Positions 38,184 through 48,100 of a stretch of 61,539 nt of DNA are shown here, in pieces. Location of the stretch: IMG/VR virus record IMGVR_UViG_3300025141_000089, positions 1 to 61,539 of that record. One strand, 5' to 3'. Positions within the stretch are counted from its first letter, which is position 1; every line of letters begins with the position of its first letter. The position numbers and the translations under genes were made by a program. This DNA is from a virus (lineage: Duplodnaviria; Caudoviricetes). The notes beneath the pieces are model-generated. The model searched no databases and was not told where the DNA came from. It worked only from the letters and a program-made list of their open reading frames with translations.

Positions 38184-40154
38184 TTATCCTTCTGATTGTC
38201 CTAATACAATTTCAACCGTCATGCTTGCTGATGTCATAACTTGATTATTTACTACTTTTGAAACATTGGGAACATTTATAGCTTTATTATTTGTTACTAT
38301 AACCTTTGTCTTGTCGGCCGACAAGACTGCTCCTGTAATTTTGCTGGTTGGCGCTTCGCTTGATGTTGTTATCCATTCATTCCCACTATTATCTGTTATT
38401 TGGAATGATGCCTTTGGTGAGTTGTTTCCAGCATATATTTCTACGCTCCTTATGGATGCATCATTCATAGTTTTTACATTTGCTATTTTTACTGCATTAT
38501 AATCAGAACCAGTCGATGAAGATTTTGATGCAGTTGAAGCATTCCAAGTTTGTGTATTATCTTTTCCCACTTGGGTTTGCAAAGAGAGATCTATCTTTGC
38601 GCCACTATCACTCGCTTCACTTGTAGTAGACATTATATTTCTATATGTTAATCTTGCAGTTTGCTTTGTAGCAGTGGTGCTTGCAAGAAAAGGCCTGTTA
38701 TCAACATCATATAAAGATGCAATACCATAACTATCAAATTTTGAAATGTCGGTTTCTTCATAAATGTCTTTAAACATTATGCTTTTCTTTATTATGGGCA
38801 ACAAATCCCCAGTGATAAGTTCTATGTTTTTATGTGCATTTCCAATTCTCGTAACTCTAAAATATTCTGGTTTTACATTTGGCCAAATCTCCTGTATATA
38901 ATTAATAGGAATTCCTGGAACATCCTGATATTGTCCTACTTGTTTTATATTAAGGCCAATAATTTCTTCTCTACCTTTGTTTCCTTGTGTTACAAGTTCA
39001 ACAATTGTTGGTTTGGATTCTGGATCTAATAAAATTCCAGTCAATTCAAACGATTTAGATGCACCCCAAAATGCTTCTGATATCGATTTTTCAGGTGAAG
39101 GCAGAGATTCAAAAATACCACGCAATGAACAGAAAGAAGAACCCTTTAAATTTTGATCCCATTCTTTAGCAATCAAAGCATTTCGTACTGCAATCCCCCG
39201 TTTGGGAAGCTTCGTATCTGCTAATATTCTATCATATTTTTCTTTTACTTCAATTTTGCAAGAACATGGACCACATTTGGATGCGCTCATATCTTCTTCA
39301 CTACATGATAAACATTCGTCACCAGTGAGTCCATTCGGACCACCTTTCCAAGTATTAAACACATAATCCATATCTAATGCTTTTGCAATTTCAAGACAAT
39401 GATAACATTTTCCATGACTACATTTATATAAATCACCAGCGTCGCGCAGAACACCTGCAACAGAATCGTAGTGATTTTCTTTATAATATAAGCAACAAGT
39501 CCCACACCAATTTTCTTTCCCTGCACCGCATTTTCTTACTGCTTGATTTTTTTGATTTTCATATTTTAATGTATAGTGAGAATCATATGCGTCATCCACA
39601 GTAGACACATGCATGTAATTATTAGATAAATCATCAAGGCCTTCGTGTACCACTGCTACAGGTGCCATAACGTGTCCACCGGGTGCTGTTTGCCACCCCA
39701 GTTTCGTTGAATCGGGGAGGCCATCTTTAAAGTTAATAGCAGTATTTAAATGTTCTCGACCCATACCAACTTTACCCCAATTTCCCATCACAACCCATAG
39801 CGTTCCATAATAATCCAAAAAACATGAACGATTAACTTCATTTAATGCAGGTCTACCATCAGCAACATAAAATCCAGGATATGTACTTGTTTTTAAAAAC
39901 TTTTCACCCGTTACTTTAGCCACTGTTCGGATATCAGATGCATTAATTGATTCTGCCCACGCTAAACTGTTTATGAAATTGGAATATGCATGATCTGAAT
40001 TTGTATATGGTGCTATTACTTCTTCGGGTGCATCGTTATTAGACAATACGAATGCCAATCCTTCATTTGATGCCATTCTTTTTAATTCATTTATGGTTGC
40101 ACGCGTAGATGTTCTAAACATCGGTGGTTTATTTGATTTACTTATATCTACCAT
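38184..40154 (-). CDS. Baseplate wedge protein, gp8 position, with a Cys-rich insertion
   Basis: Synteny (gp25-gp6-gp7-gp8-VrlC). Highly diverged, with a central CGAG...CGTCC...CSHGKCYHC...CLSC...CGPCSC block. Confidence 0.5.
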   Translation of the reverse strand: MVDISKSNKPPMFRTSTRATINELKRMASNEGLAFVLSNNDAPEEVIAPYTNSDHAYSNFINSLAWAESINASDIRTVAKVTGEKFLKTSTYPGFYVADGRPALNEVNRSCFLDYYGTLWVVMGNWGKVGMGREHLNTAINFKDGLPDSTKLGWQTAPGGHVMAPVAVVHEGLDDLSNNYMHVSTVDDAYDSHYTLKYENQKNQAVRKCGAGKENWCGTCCLYYKENHYDSVAGVLRDAGDLYKCSHGKCYHCLEIAKALDMDYVFNTWKGGPNGLTGDECLSCSEEDMSASKCGPCSCKIEVKEKYDRILADTKLPKRGIAVRNALIAKEWDQNLKGSSFCSLRGIFESLPSPEKSISEAFWGASKSFELTGILLDPESKPTIVELVTQGNKGREEIIGLNIKQVGQYQDVPGIPINYIQEIWPNVKPEYFRVTRIGNAHKNIELITGDLLPIIKKSIMFKDIYEETDISKFDSYGIASLYDVDNRPFLASTTATKQTARLTYRNIMSTTSEASDSGAKIDLSLQTQVGKDNTQTWNASTASKSSSTGSDYNAVKIANVKTMNDASIRSVEIYAGNNSPKASFQITDNSGNEWITTSSEAPTSKITGAVLSADKTKVIVTNNKAINVPNVSKVVNNQVMTSASMTVEIVLGQSEG

Positions 40155-40167
40155 ATAATTCCTTTTA

Positions 40168-41478
40168 TTAACATGTTGAAGCAGTACATCCAGTTAAACC
40201 TAAATTCGGACTATTTGTAATGGGGCATTGTCTGATGAACTCTCCTATATATATGCTTCCGATTGATGCACTTATAGGAATTCCAAACGCATCAACTTCT
40301 CCCGTAATTCCGTCTGACCAATCTGGATAGAAATGTGTAGGCGCGCCAAAAGTTTCTCCCAATCCTTGACCAGAAAGAGTATTTCCACCCCATGCATCAC
40401 CCACATGATTCTGTGTCCCCGATATACAAATTCCTCCTGTACCGACCCCGCTCCATGCACTTCCATATGTCCATCCTATTTCTCCACCGAAACTAGATAT
40501 GTCTTTACCCATGCCAGTCGGCCCATCATATGTGTGGCCACTTCCAGAACAACCCGCACAATATCTAATCGAACCTGTTGCATTAATCCTATATGGGAAA
40601 TAATTGTCCAATCTGGGAGATTCACAAAAATAAAATCCACCATCAAAATCACCGGGAGGCACATAATCCAATTCTGTCTTTTCCCAGAACCCCTTCATTC
40701 CAGCAGGGTGCAAAACCTCTTTTAACATTTCTGCATATATGGGCAATCCATTTTCATCTGTTTCTTCTATATTTGCTTTAACAAGATATGAATATTCTTG
40801 ATACCAATAACTATCTTGAATTATAAAATCGCCATTAAGATAACTTCCACCAAGATGTAATATAGGGGCACTATCTTCCCCCGCACCCCCATAATGCCCT
40901 GTTTGCCCAGCATCTGATATTACTTGCCAGTCGCCAAATTTACCACCATTTAACCGTAAAATCTTTTCTTTTGGATATACAAATTGAATCTGAGTCTTAT
41001 CGGCACCAAACAACTCCGAAAAGAAATAAATATAAGATTCTTCTGTTCCTTTTTTCTGGTATAAAGATTGACGAATATTTTGAATAAATTTTCTTGTATC
41101 CGCCACCTCGATGTACGCATCAGGAAATCCTGACGCATAGGTATATGTAAAATGTTTTAAAAAGGTATCGGGTGTTGTTCCTATGTCAACCAATTCTCGT
41201 AATCCCGCATCATGTTCTTTATCAACTGATAATTTATATCCACTTAAATTATACAACCAATCATAATATGCTTGTGTAAATCTTACTATATGAGTATCTG
41301 GAAAGTCCGATCTGGTTTTTTGTAAAATCCACCGAGGAAACATATGCCGAATATCAATATGTTGTTCTACTACTTCATTTTTTAATTTATCATCACCATC
41401 TATTTTAATACCCAACAACATCAATTGATAATTGATGTTGCGAGTCGTTGACAGATTGAAAAAAGGAAGAAAAGTCAT
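40168..41478 (-). CDS. Baseplate wedge initiator, gp7-like (short)
   Basis: F..AYYDWL, LVDI..T...FL..F, I..IR..LY..KGTEESY..FF..LFG and IQDSYWYQEYSYLVK...LHPAGMK.F, as in marine T4-like gp7. Confidence 0.75.
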   Translation of the reverse strand: MTFLPFFNLSTTRNINYQLMLLGIKIDGDDKLKNEVVEQHIDIRHMFPRWILQKTRSDFPDTHIVRFTQAYYDWLYNLSGYKLSVDKEHDAGLRELVDIGTTPDTFLKHFTYTYASGFPDAYIEVADTRKFIQNIRQSLYQKKGTEESYIYFFSELFGADKTQIQFVYPKEKILRLNGGKFGDWQVISDAGQTGHYGGAGEDSAPILHLGGSYLNGDFIIQDSYWYQEYSYLVKANIEETDENGLPIYAEMLKEVLHPAGMKGFWEKTELDYVPPGDFDGGFYFCESPRLDNYFPYRINATGSIRYCAGCSGSGHTYDGPTGMGKDISSFGGEIGWTYGSAWSGVGTGGICISGTQNHVGDAWGGNTLSGQGLGETFGAPTHFYPDWSDGITGEVDAFGIPISASIGSIYIGEFIRQCPITNSPNLGLTGCTASTC

Positions 41479-41480
41479 AA

Positions 41481-43265
41481 TTATACACTAATCAAATTTA
41501 GTCCACTCGGATCAATCTCAGAAACTATATGTCTATTTGCATCGAAAGCAGGAGCCACAGGAGAAACCCTACAAGTAAATGGTTCACTAGAAACTCCTTG
41601 ATGTATCTTTATTTCTCCTTTATCTGGTCCAAATGTACCAGCACCTTTAATTATACCTAGCAATCCACTATCATTTATATACCATCCTTCTAAACTTAAA
41701 GTTTTATTATCTATCCATTGGTCTATTCTTAATTTTATTTTTAAATTGGATGGAATAGAAGGATCACTATTATATCTACTACCAACTGTAAATTCAGAAG
41801 TGGTAAATGAACTATGAGATAATTCACTATTAAGAAGTATGGGGCCTATACTTTCATCAGATCCCATTATAGTTCTTACATCAATATTTAAATTTAAATT
41901 ATAAGAAGAAGATGAAAGAGAGCCATCAATTTGATTTATATCTTCTGATATTTCATGTTTATTAAATGTTTTATTAAAACCTTTAGGATATTTTTTCATT
42001 AATGTAGAAATAATTCTGTTCATAATTGAAGCACTAGATTCGTTAGTTTTCATACTATTAAATGGAATTTCTCCTTCAACCACTCCAACAATATATGTTG
42101 GGTTTTTAAATTCTGGTAAAATAGTAACACAAGTTTTTTCTTTTAGTATATTAATTGCATTAGTGGCTGCACCAATTAAATCATCTGATTGTTCTTCATT
42201 CACTGATACAAAAACTCTACCATACATGGGTGGAATTTCGTCTTCACCACCCCACACATTAAATCTTTCATATGGATTACTCACATCTCCTGCGAATCCA
42301 TTTGCAGCCAATAATGCTTTACAATCTTCTACTGTAACTGCTCTATCTTGCGCTGCAAACCATTTAGGGGCAAAAAATTTAATCATATCTAAATTTGGTT
42401 CATCTGTACCACCAGAAGATAATCCAGTTCCATCTGCAAGAGTTTCTACTTCTGCATCTGGAAATCCGTGTATGGCCCAACTTCCAACACCATTTCCGGC
42501 TTTTCCGCTACTTCTAAGATAAGAAATTCGCACAGAATCAATATCAGTAATTTGTTTTCCTATTTGTGTTACATCATTGCTTCCAACATTACCACCAAAA
42601 ACAACAAAGAAACCAAGTTCACTTCGTTCCAACCAATATACTTTACTATGTTCATCCAATCCAGCCTGAATATTATCTACTTTCGTCCAAGTATCCCAGT
42701 CACCAGTTTCTAAATTTAAAACTTCTACTGTTATGGTTGATATATCAATATCAAGTCCATATAAAAATGATTTTTGAGTACTAACATCTACCAAGAGTGG
42801 ACTACTCAAAACCAAAGAAGCGGCCTCATAAATGTTAATTATTACTTCATTATCGAGATTATCAACCGCTGCATCATTAACACTATAAAAAGTATAAGGA
42901 ATTCCTGATTCTTTATATCCAGAAAATTTTGTATATTTTGGTATAACAATATTACTTCCGTGTCGTACTTTTATTCTAGAAGTGGAAGAAGTTCTTCCCG
43001 GAACAACATAACCTAAAGGTTTCACCAACGATATAATGGATTCTACTCTTTGTGCAGAATCTAAAAACATCTCGTTTGCAGTTGCATTAGAATATCTACC
43101 ATAATACATGGTGTTGTATGCTAAAACATCAAGCAAAACTTGAATTGCAGAACCAGCATAATTATAATCTTTTAATGTGTCTTGAGTTTTTAAATAATCA
43201 ATAAGACTTTCTTTAATGGCTATAAAGTCTAATGATCCTAGTTGTATATTTGTATTATCTGCCAT
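41481..43265 (-). CDS. gp6: Baseplate wedge subunit
   Basis: LDF..IK..L..YLK.Q....DYNY.GS....LLDVLAYNT.Y, NEMFLDSA, IKF.AP..FAAQDRAVT..D and VWGGEDE.PP.YGRVF.S. Confidence 0.95.
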   Translation of the reverse strand: MADNTNIQLGSLDFIAIKESLIDYLKTQDTLKDYNYAGSAIQVLLDVLAYNTMYYGRYSNATANEMFLDSAQRVESIISLVKPLGYVVPGRTSSTSRIKVRHGSNIVIPKYTKFSGYKESGIPYTFYSVNDAAVDNLDNEVIINIYEAASLVLSSPLLVDVSTQKSFLYGLDIDISTITVEVLNLETGDWDTWTKVDNIQAGLDEHSKVYWLERSELGFFVVFGGNVGSNDVTQIGKQITDIDSVRISYLRSSGKAGNGVGSWAIHGFPDAEVETLADGTGLSSGGTDEPNLDMIKFFAPKWFAAQDRAVTVEDCKALLAANGFAGDVSNPYERFNVWGGEDEIPPMYGRVFVSVNEEQSDDLIGAATNAINILKEKTCVTILPEFKNPTYIVGVVEGEIPFNSMKTNESSASIMNRIISTLMKKYPKGFNKTFNKHEISEDINQIDGSLSSSSYNLNLNIDVRTIMGSDESIGPILLNSELSHSSFTTSEFTVGSRYNSDPSIPSNLKIKLRIDQWIDNKTLSLEGWYINDSGLLGIIKGAGTFGPDKGEIKIHQGVSSEPFTCRVSPVAPAFDANRHIVSEIDPSGLNLISV

Positions 43266-43269
43266 TTAA

Positions 43270-43737
43270 TTACCTTGTTTTTGTTAATCCTATGCTGATT
43301 GAATCTCGTAAAGACGAACCATCAACTGATTGTTTCATTAAAAAATAAGAAATGTATAAAAATAGTTGATTATTATCACTTACAATTGCCCTAGAAGATG
43401 ATTCGGTGTGTCCAGAAACTATAGGAGTTTCTTCATTTATTGGTTCATCATTTATTATGATATTTTCAATTTGAACTCTGGGTTCATATCGATTGATAGT
43501 AAATTTTATTTGTTGCATGATGGGAATACTATCAACATAATTAAAATTATCAAACAAAGAATCATTTATTATTGTACCAAAATTTCTTTTAAATGGCTTT
43601 TCACCTGGAATCGTCATGATGATATTGATTAAAGATTGCCTTATCGAATATACATCTTTCACCAAAGAAATATCACTAGTAAACTGATTTTTACTAAAAT
43701 GAATGTTTAAATCGGTATGTATACTTTCGATAGCCAT
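43270..43737 (-). CDS. gp25: Baseplate wedge subunit / sheath initiator
   Basis: DL...F..N..T.D....D..SI.QSL.NI..T..GEKPF...FG and I..YEPRV. Confidence 0.9.
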   Translation of the reverse strand: MAIESIHTDLNIHFSKNQFTSDISLVKDVYSIRQSLINIIMTIPGEKPFKRNFGTIINDSLFDNFNYVDSIPIMQQIKFTINRYEPRVQIENIIINDEPINEETPIVSGHTESSSRAIVSDNNQLFLYISYFLMKQSVDGSSLRDSISIGLTKTR

Positions 43738-43776
43738 ATTCCATAATCCTTAGTTGTGTTTCGATTTCTCTTATTG

Positions 43777-43784
43777 TATGTATA
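43777..43784 (-). promoter_or_regulatory. Late promoter variant TATACATA (gp25)
   Basis: 8-mer 40 nt upstream of gp25. Confidence 0.65.
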
Positions 43785-43802
43785 AAAAGAGCAGACATTA
43801 TC

Positions 43803-44687
43803 CTATGAGCCTATAAGTTTTTTAATATAATCCACCATACCACTCCATGTGGAAGATCCACTTAAATCAACTGGTGACGTATCTCTTATCAAAGTTAAAT
43901 GCATTTCGTGTGCAACAGGAAATGCACCTATATTATGAGTAATTGATTCTATTAACCACCTTCCACCAATTTTAGATAATTCGGTGCCATCACCACTAAA
44001 ATCTCTAACAAAAACCATAGTTCCAGGTCTTATTGTCAAATCACCATGAACCATTATACCCAGTATATTAGAAGTTATTAAATTCATTTGAGCATTTCGC
44101 CATAGTGGTTGTTGTGGAGGAGTATCCCAATATGTTGATTGCATTCTTGTATATTGAAGATATTTTTCAAATTTTGGGCCGATGCACGGACAATTACAAC
44201 TACTTGGATGATCATCGTCATGCCATATACACCCCAACCAATCTTCACCGTCCTCAAATGCTTCTTTAATGTAATCACATTCTTTTATACTTTGTTTTAC
44301 TTCTTCAAGTTCTTCATTTGTTGGTTCAGCCAACTTTTCTTTGGTTATTCCCCCATCACCATCCTCACCAAACAATCCACCAAAAACCCCACCAAAAAAC
44401 CCACCAAGGCCTTCCCCGAAAAGATTATTCCAGAAACTACCATCATTTTTTTCTATAGAACTATTGATTCTTTCAATCTGTTCTTCAGAATCTGGCATCA
44501 ATTCTTGGCAAGGACAATTACATAACGGTTCATCTTTCTCACAATCAGAATTGTCTACAGGCCCTTCTGGATTTGCACATGGATATTTGTCCCATATACC
44601 ATCATGGCCATGAGATATTTGCTTTCTGACCGACCATGTCTTATTTGCATAATCGGACAATCTTGATATTAATATTTTTTTATCCAT
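43803..44687 (-). CDS. Protein ending in a gp27/VgrG-like hub C-terminal barrel (C-terminal half of a split hub)
   Basis: IMVHGDLTIRPGTMVFV...GGRWLIESITHNI...MHLTLIRD. The N-terminal part has two CNCPC motifs and a GLGGFFGGVFGGLFG repeat. Confidence 0.65.
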   Translation of the reverse strand: MDKKILISRLSDYANKTWSVRKQISHGHDGIWDKYPCANPEGPVDNSDCEKDEPLCNCPCQELMPDSEEQIERINSSIEKNDGSFWNNLFGEGLGGFFGGVFGGLFGEDGDGGITKEKLAEPTNEELEEVKQSIKECDYIKEAFEDGEDWLGCIWHDDDHPSSCNCPCIGPKFEKYLQYTRMQSTYWDTPPQQPLWRNAQMNLITSNILGIMVHGDLTIRPGTMVFVRDFSGDGTELSKIGGRWLIESITHNIGAFPVAHEMHLTLIRDTSPVDLSGSSTWSGMVDYIKKLIGS

Positions 44688-44699
44688 GTGTCTTTATAT

Positions 44700-45173
44700 C
44701 TATAATGAATCGTTGTATATTATGTTAAATTTAACTTGATATCTCTTACGGGATTTTTGTGTGATAATTTTATCATAAGAATGTCCTGTCTTATTTTTAA
44801 ATCTATTTGCTATTATTGTGAATATCTGTTCTTTGGCAAATTTGTTTTGATTCTTTTTTTCATTCTTTTTATATTTAGTGGAATCTAAAACAAAAGACAT
44901 GTTAGACGGACTATATGTTTCAATGTATTCTAATACATCTTCAAATATGCCTTTCATCATCGTCATAGCCGTTCCAACAGACTCGTTTCCTGTTCTGTTT
45001 TGACGATAATTATTATAGAAATCTATAACAACATCATCTGTTTTTTTACATTTAACTATTAAGAGTGTAGTATATAACCCATATGTTTTTGGATGATTTC
45101 TATTATATATTACTAAAAAATTATTTTCCGTATCTGAAACCATAACTTTTCTTTCGGGTATTATGGTGTGCAT
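44700..45173 (-). CDS. Hypothetical protein (basic, AT-rich)
   Basis: 157-aa ORF overlapping the end of the giant gene; composition unlike its neighbours. Confidence 0.6.
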   Translation of the reverse strand: MHTIIPERKVMVSDTENNFLVIYNRNHPKTYGLYTTLLIVKCKKTDDVVIDFYNNYRQNRTGNESVGTAMTMMKGIFEDVLEYIETYSPSNMSFVLDSTKYKKNEKKNQNKFAKEQIFTIIANRFKNKTGHSYDKIITQKSRKRYQVKFNIIYNDSL

Positions 45174-48100
45174 GCGCTACAATCTTCATCTTCTTTCCAA
45201 CACATATCACCAGAGACATCATCTGATTGCATACAACATTCATATTCATACATTTTTCCTAAACAATCACATCCATCTTCTACATCTGTACAGTCCATGC
45301 ACTTCATTAGTCCAGTTGCATTATCGGGACTACAACACAATCCAGAGGGACAGTCCCAATTTTCAATACACTCTATATCACATTCTTCGCAAACTTTCTC
45401 TTCTCCAACATAACCATTGCAACATAATCCATGTTCCCAACAATCTTCATCTGTTTCGCATAATATTCCTTCAACACATTGTTCGCCTATACAAACCATA
45501 CCATCTTCGCAATCCTCATGAGTTTCACAAAGAGAATCACACTCAACACATTCTTCGTATAAACAGCACATCTCTGGACAAGATTCTTCGCCCTCGCAAT
45601 CATTATCACAATCATCATCTACTTCACAATACAAATCCTTAATTTTACATACACCAACATCAGTGCAAATCATACCTTCTGGACACTCACTATCTGATTC
45701 ACATTCACAGGGTCCACATCCCCCACAAAAATCAGGACAAGGTCCACATTCACCATCAGGTTGAAGACACATACCAGCCGCCCAATGTCCGAAATCACCA
45801 TATCCATGGTCGTCTAGGTATGGATAATTGCCGTAAAACCCTGCTGTTGGTCCATTAGAATAACAAGGATCATATTTTTTAAGGATATCACAATCATCAC
45901 AAGGCATTATAGGAACAGGATTGATTTCCTTACATATACTACCATTCAAATCTGGTAAATTGTTATCTAGCCATGCATACGGTCCAGTAGTCCCATCGAG
46001 GTTATTCATTTCATAATGATCACAAGAACCATCTACCTCGCAATCGGGAGAAAATATCCAAGTTTCTGAGGGAAAACCTGGGCAAGTTTCACCGGCCGGA
46101 ATACATTTTCCATCCCTATAGCAACATTTTTCATCATCGAATATCCCTTCATCACCTGTCGCGCATATATTTCCAAACATATTGGCACACCAAGCAACAG
46201 GCGCTTCTTCTGCAATTTCACCGACATCAAACCGTTCATATGTTAAATATGATGCGGGAAGACATTCTTCATTTACTGCACACCCACCGCCATCGCATTG
46301 TGATCTTTCATCCACATCTCCATACCATTTTGGATAACAAGTATGATCAAAACATGTTCCCGTATCTTGACATAAATCTACACCAAGATGTTCTGCCTTA
46401 GCATACTGACATTCACAACTAAGGCAAGCATCATGGCTTGGATTATAACTGTGGTGATCTGTATCTATACACAATTCGTCACAGGTTGGCACATGCCATT
46501 CATCGCAAACCCATCTTGTACACCAATTTGGGCAACAAGTTTGGTCATCTCCATCCGCTGGATTCTGACAACAACTAGGGAAGCATTCCGGCTCACCATA
46601 TGGAACTCCACTATCATTGCACGGACATTCGTACGGCGGATCCGGCGACGTGTTGACTACCCATGAATCACATGTGACAATATTATCATATTCTTGTAGA
46701 TACCAAAGATTGAGAAACGGTTTTTCGCCTTCACATTTCCAACAGCAATCATATATATTATCTTTATCCGTACAACCCCCGCGGCAGTCTGTCACTCCAA
46801 CGCAATCATCTCCACCACAATTAAATGTATCACAATCCAAATAAAGGTAGTTATTGCATGAGTAATGATATTTGGGATCATTAAAAGGTGGGCACGGATA
46901 ACCATTGTCAGCAGGCTTCCATATTCCATTATCACATATACCATTTTCTAACCGATCTGTGAATACAGCCGTAGGAAAGCAATTACATCTACAATCATGA
47001 CTCAAGCCAGCTGGACAATCATCCACACAATGCGACACATCATATGGAATTTCCCGCCAATCACAATCAGGGTTCACATCCTTCACAAACAAATATTCTT
47101 CATCATACATTGTAGTGTTTGGTTTAATCACTGAACCAGTATGCATTCCAGATGCATAACATTCACCTAGACAATCGGTACACACATTAGGAAATATTTT
47201 AATTGCCGCCATATGTTCGTTGTCTCCACATCCATCTCCCCCATCCGTCCTATCCCCTGTACAACACTCACCCGCTAGTCGTTCTTCTCTGGTGCAGTTG
47301 CCAGGGTTTCTTTCCCATATGATATTCCCACAACATTTATCATATTGCTCACAGTCATCACACCCCCCACATTTACCATTTTCACCGCAACATTCCAAAC
47401 CATCTATATAACAATCTGGTTGGCATTCACAATCTTGCCCTATCGGAACACACTCCCAATTATCTTTGCAACATTTTTCTCCTTCTACGCATACATTGCC
47501 ATTACTCGCGCACCAATCAAGGTCAGTCGCCTCAGGCTGATTACAACCCACGGCACGTTGACATTTACGAATACCAAATTCATTTTCTCGACACGATGGA
47601 GCATCCGTTTCAAAAAGTTCGTTCAACTTTTTCCTCACACAATCACCATCGTGATTGCATTCATGACATTTTCTATTTTCAGCATAATCCATGCAAGGAG
47701 AACCTTCTGGAATTTCATCGCACCATAATCCTTCATAGAAATATGTTATTTGCTTATCGTGTGTGCCCCCTTTTCGTGTATCTGGCATCCTTGGCCAATT
47801 ATTCTCTTCGTTGAAATAATACTCCCACGACACTATAGACAATTCTTCACAGTCTGCTTGTGACATTATCCTACATGTTCTCATGCTATTACAATAATTA
47901 ATTGACGAATTATGATCACCATCCTCACATTCGAGTATTTCATCACCATGGCCAGGATATTGATTTTTGACATGGCAACATGCACCAAGAGGAGTACTAC
48001 ATGCACCTCCGCAGGTGAACGAATAATTTTCCCATTCATTTTCGCATGGACCTGAACCCCAACCATCACACGGATTTGGATTTGCAACGTTTTCAAGGCA

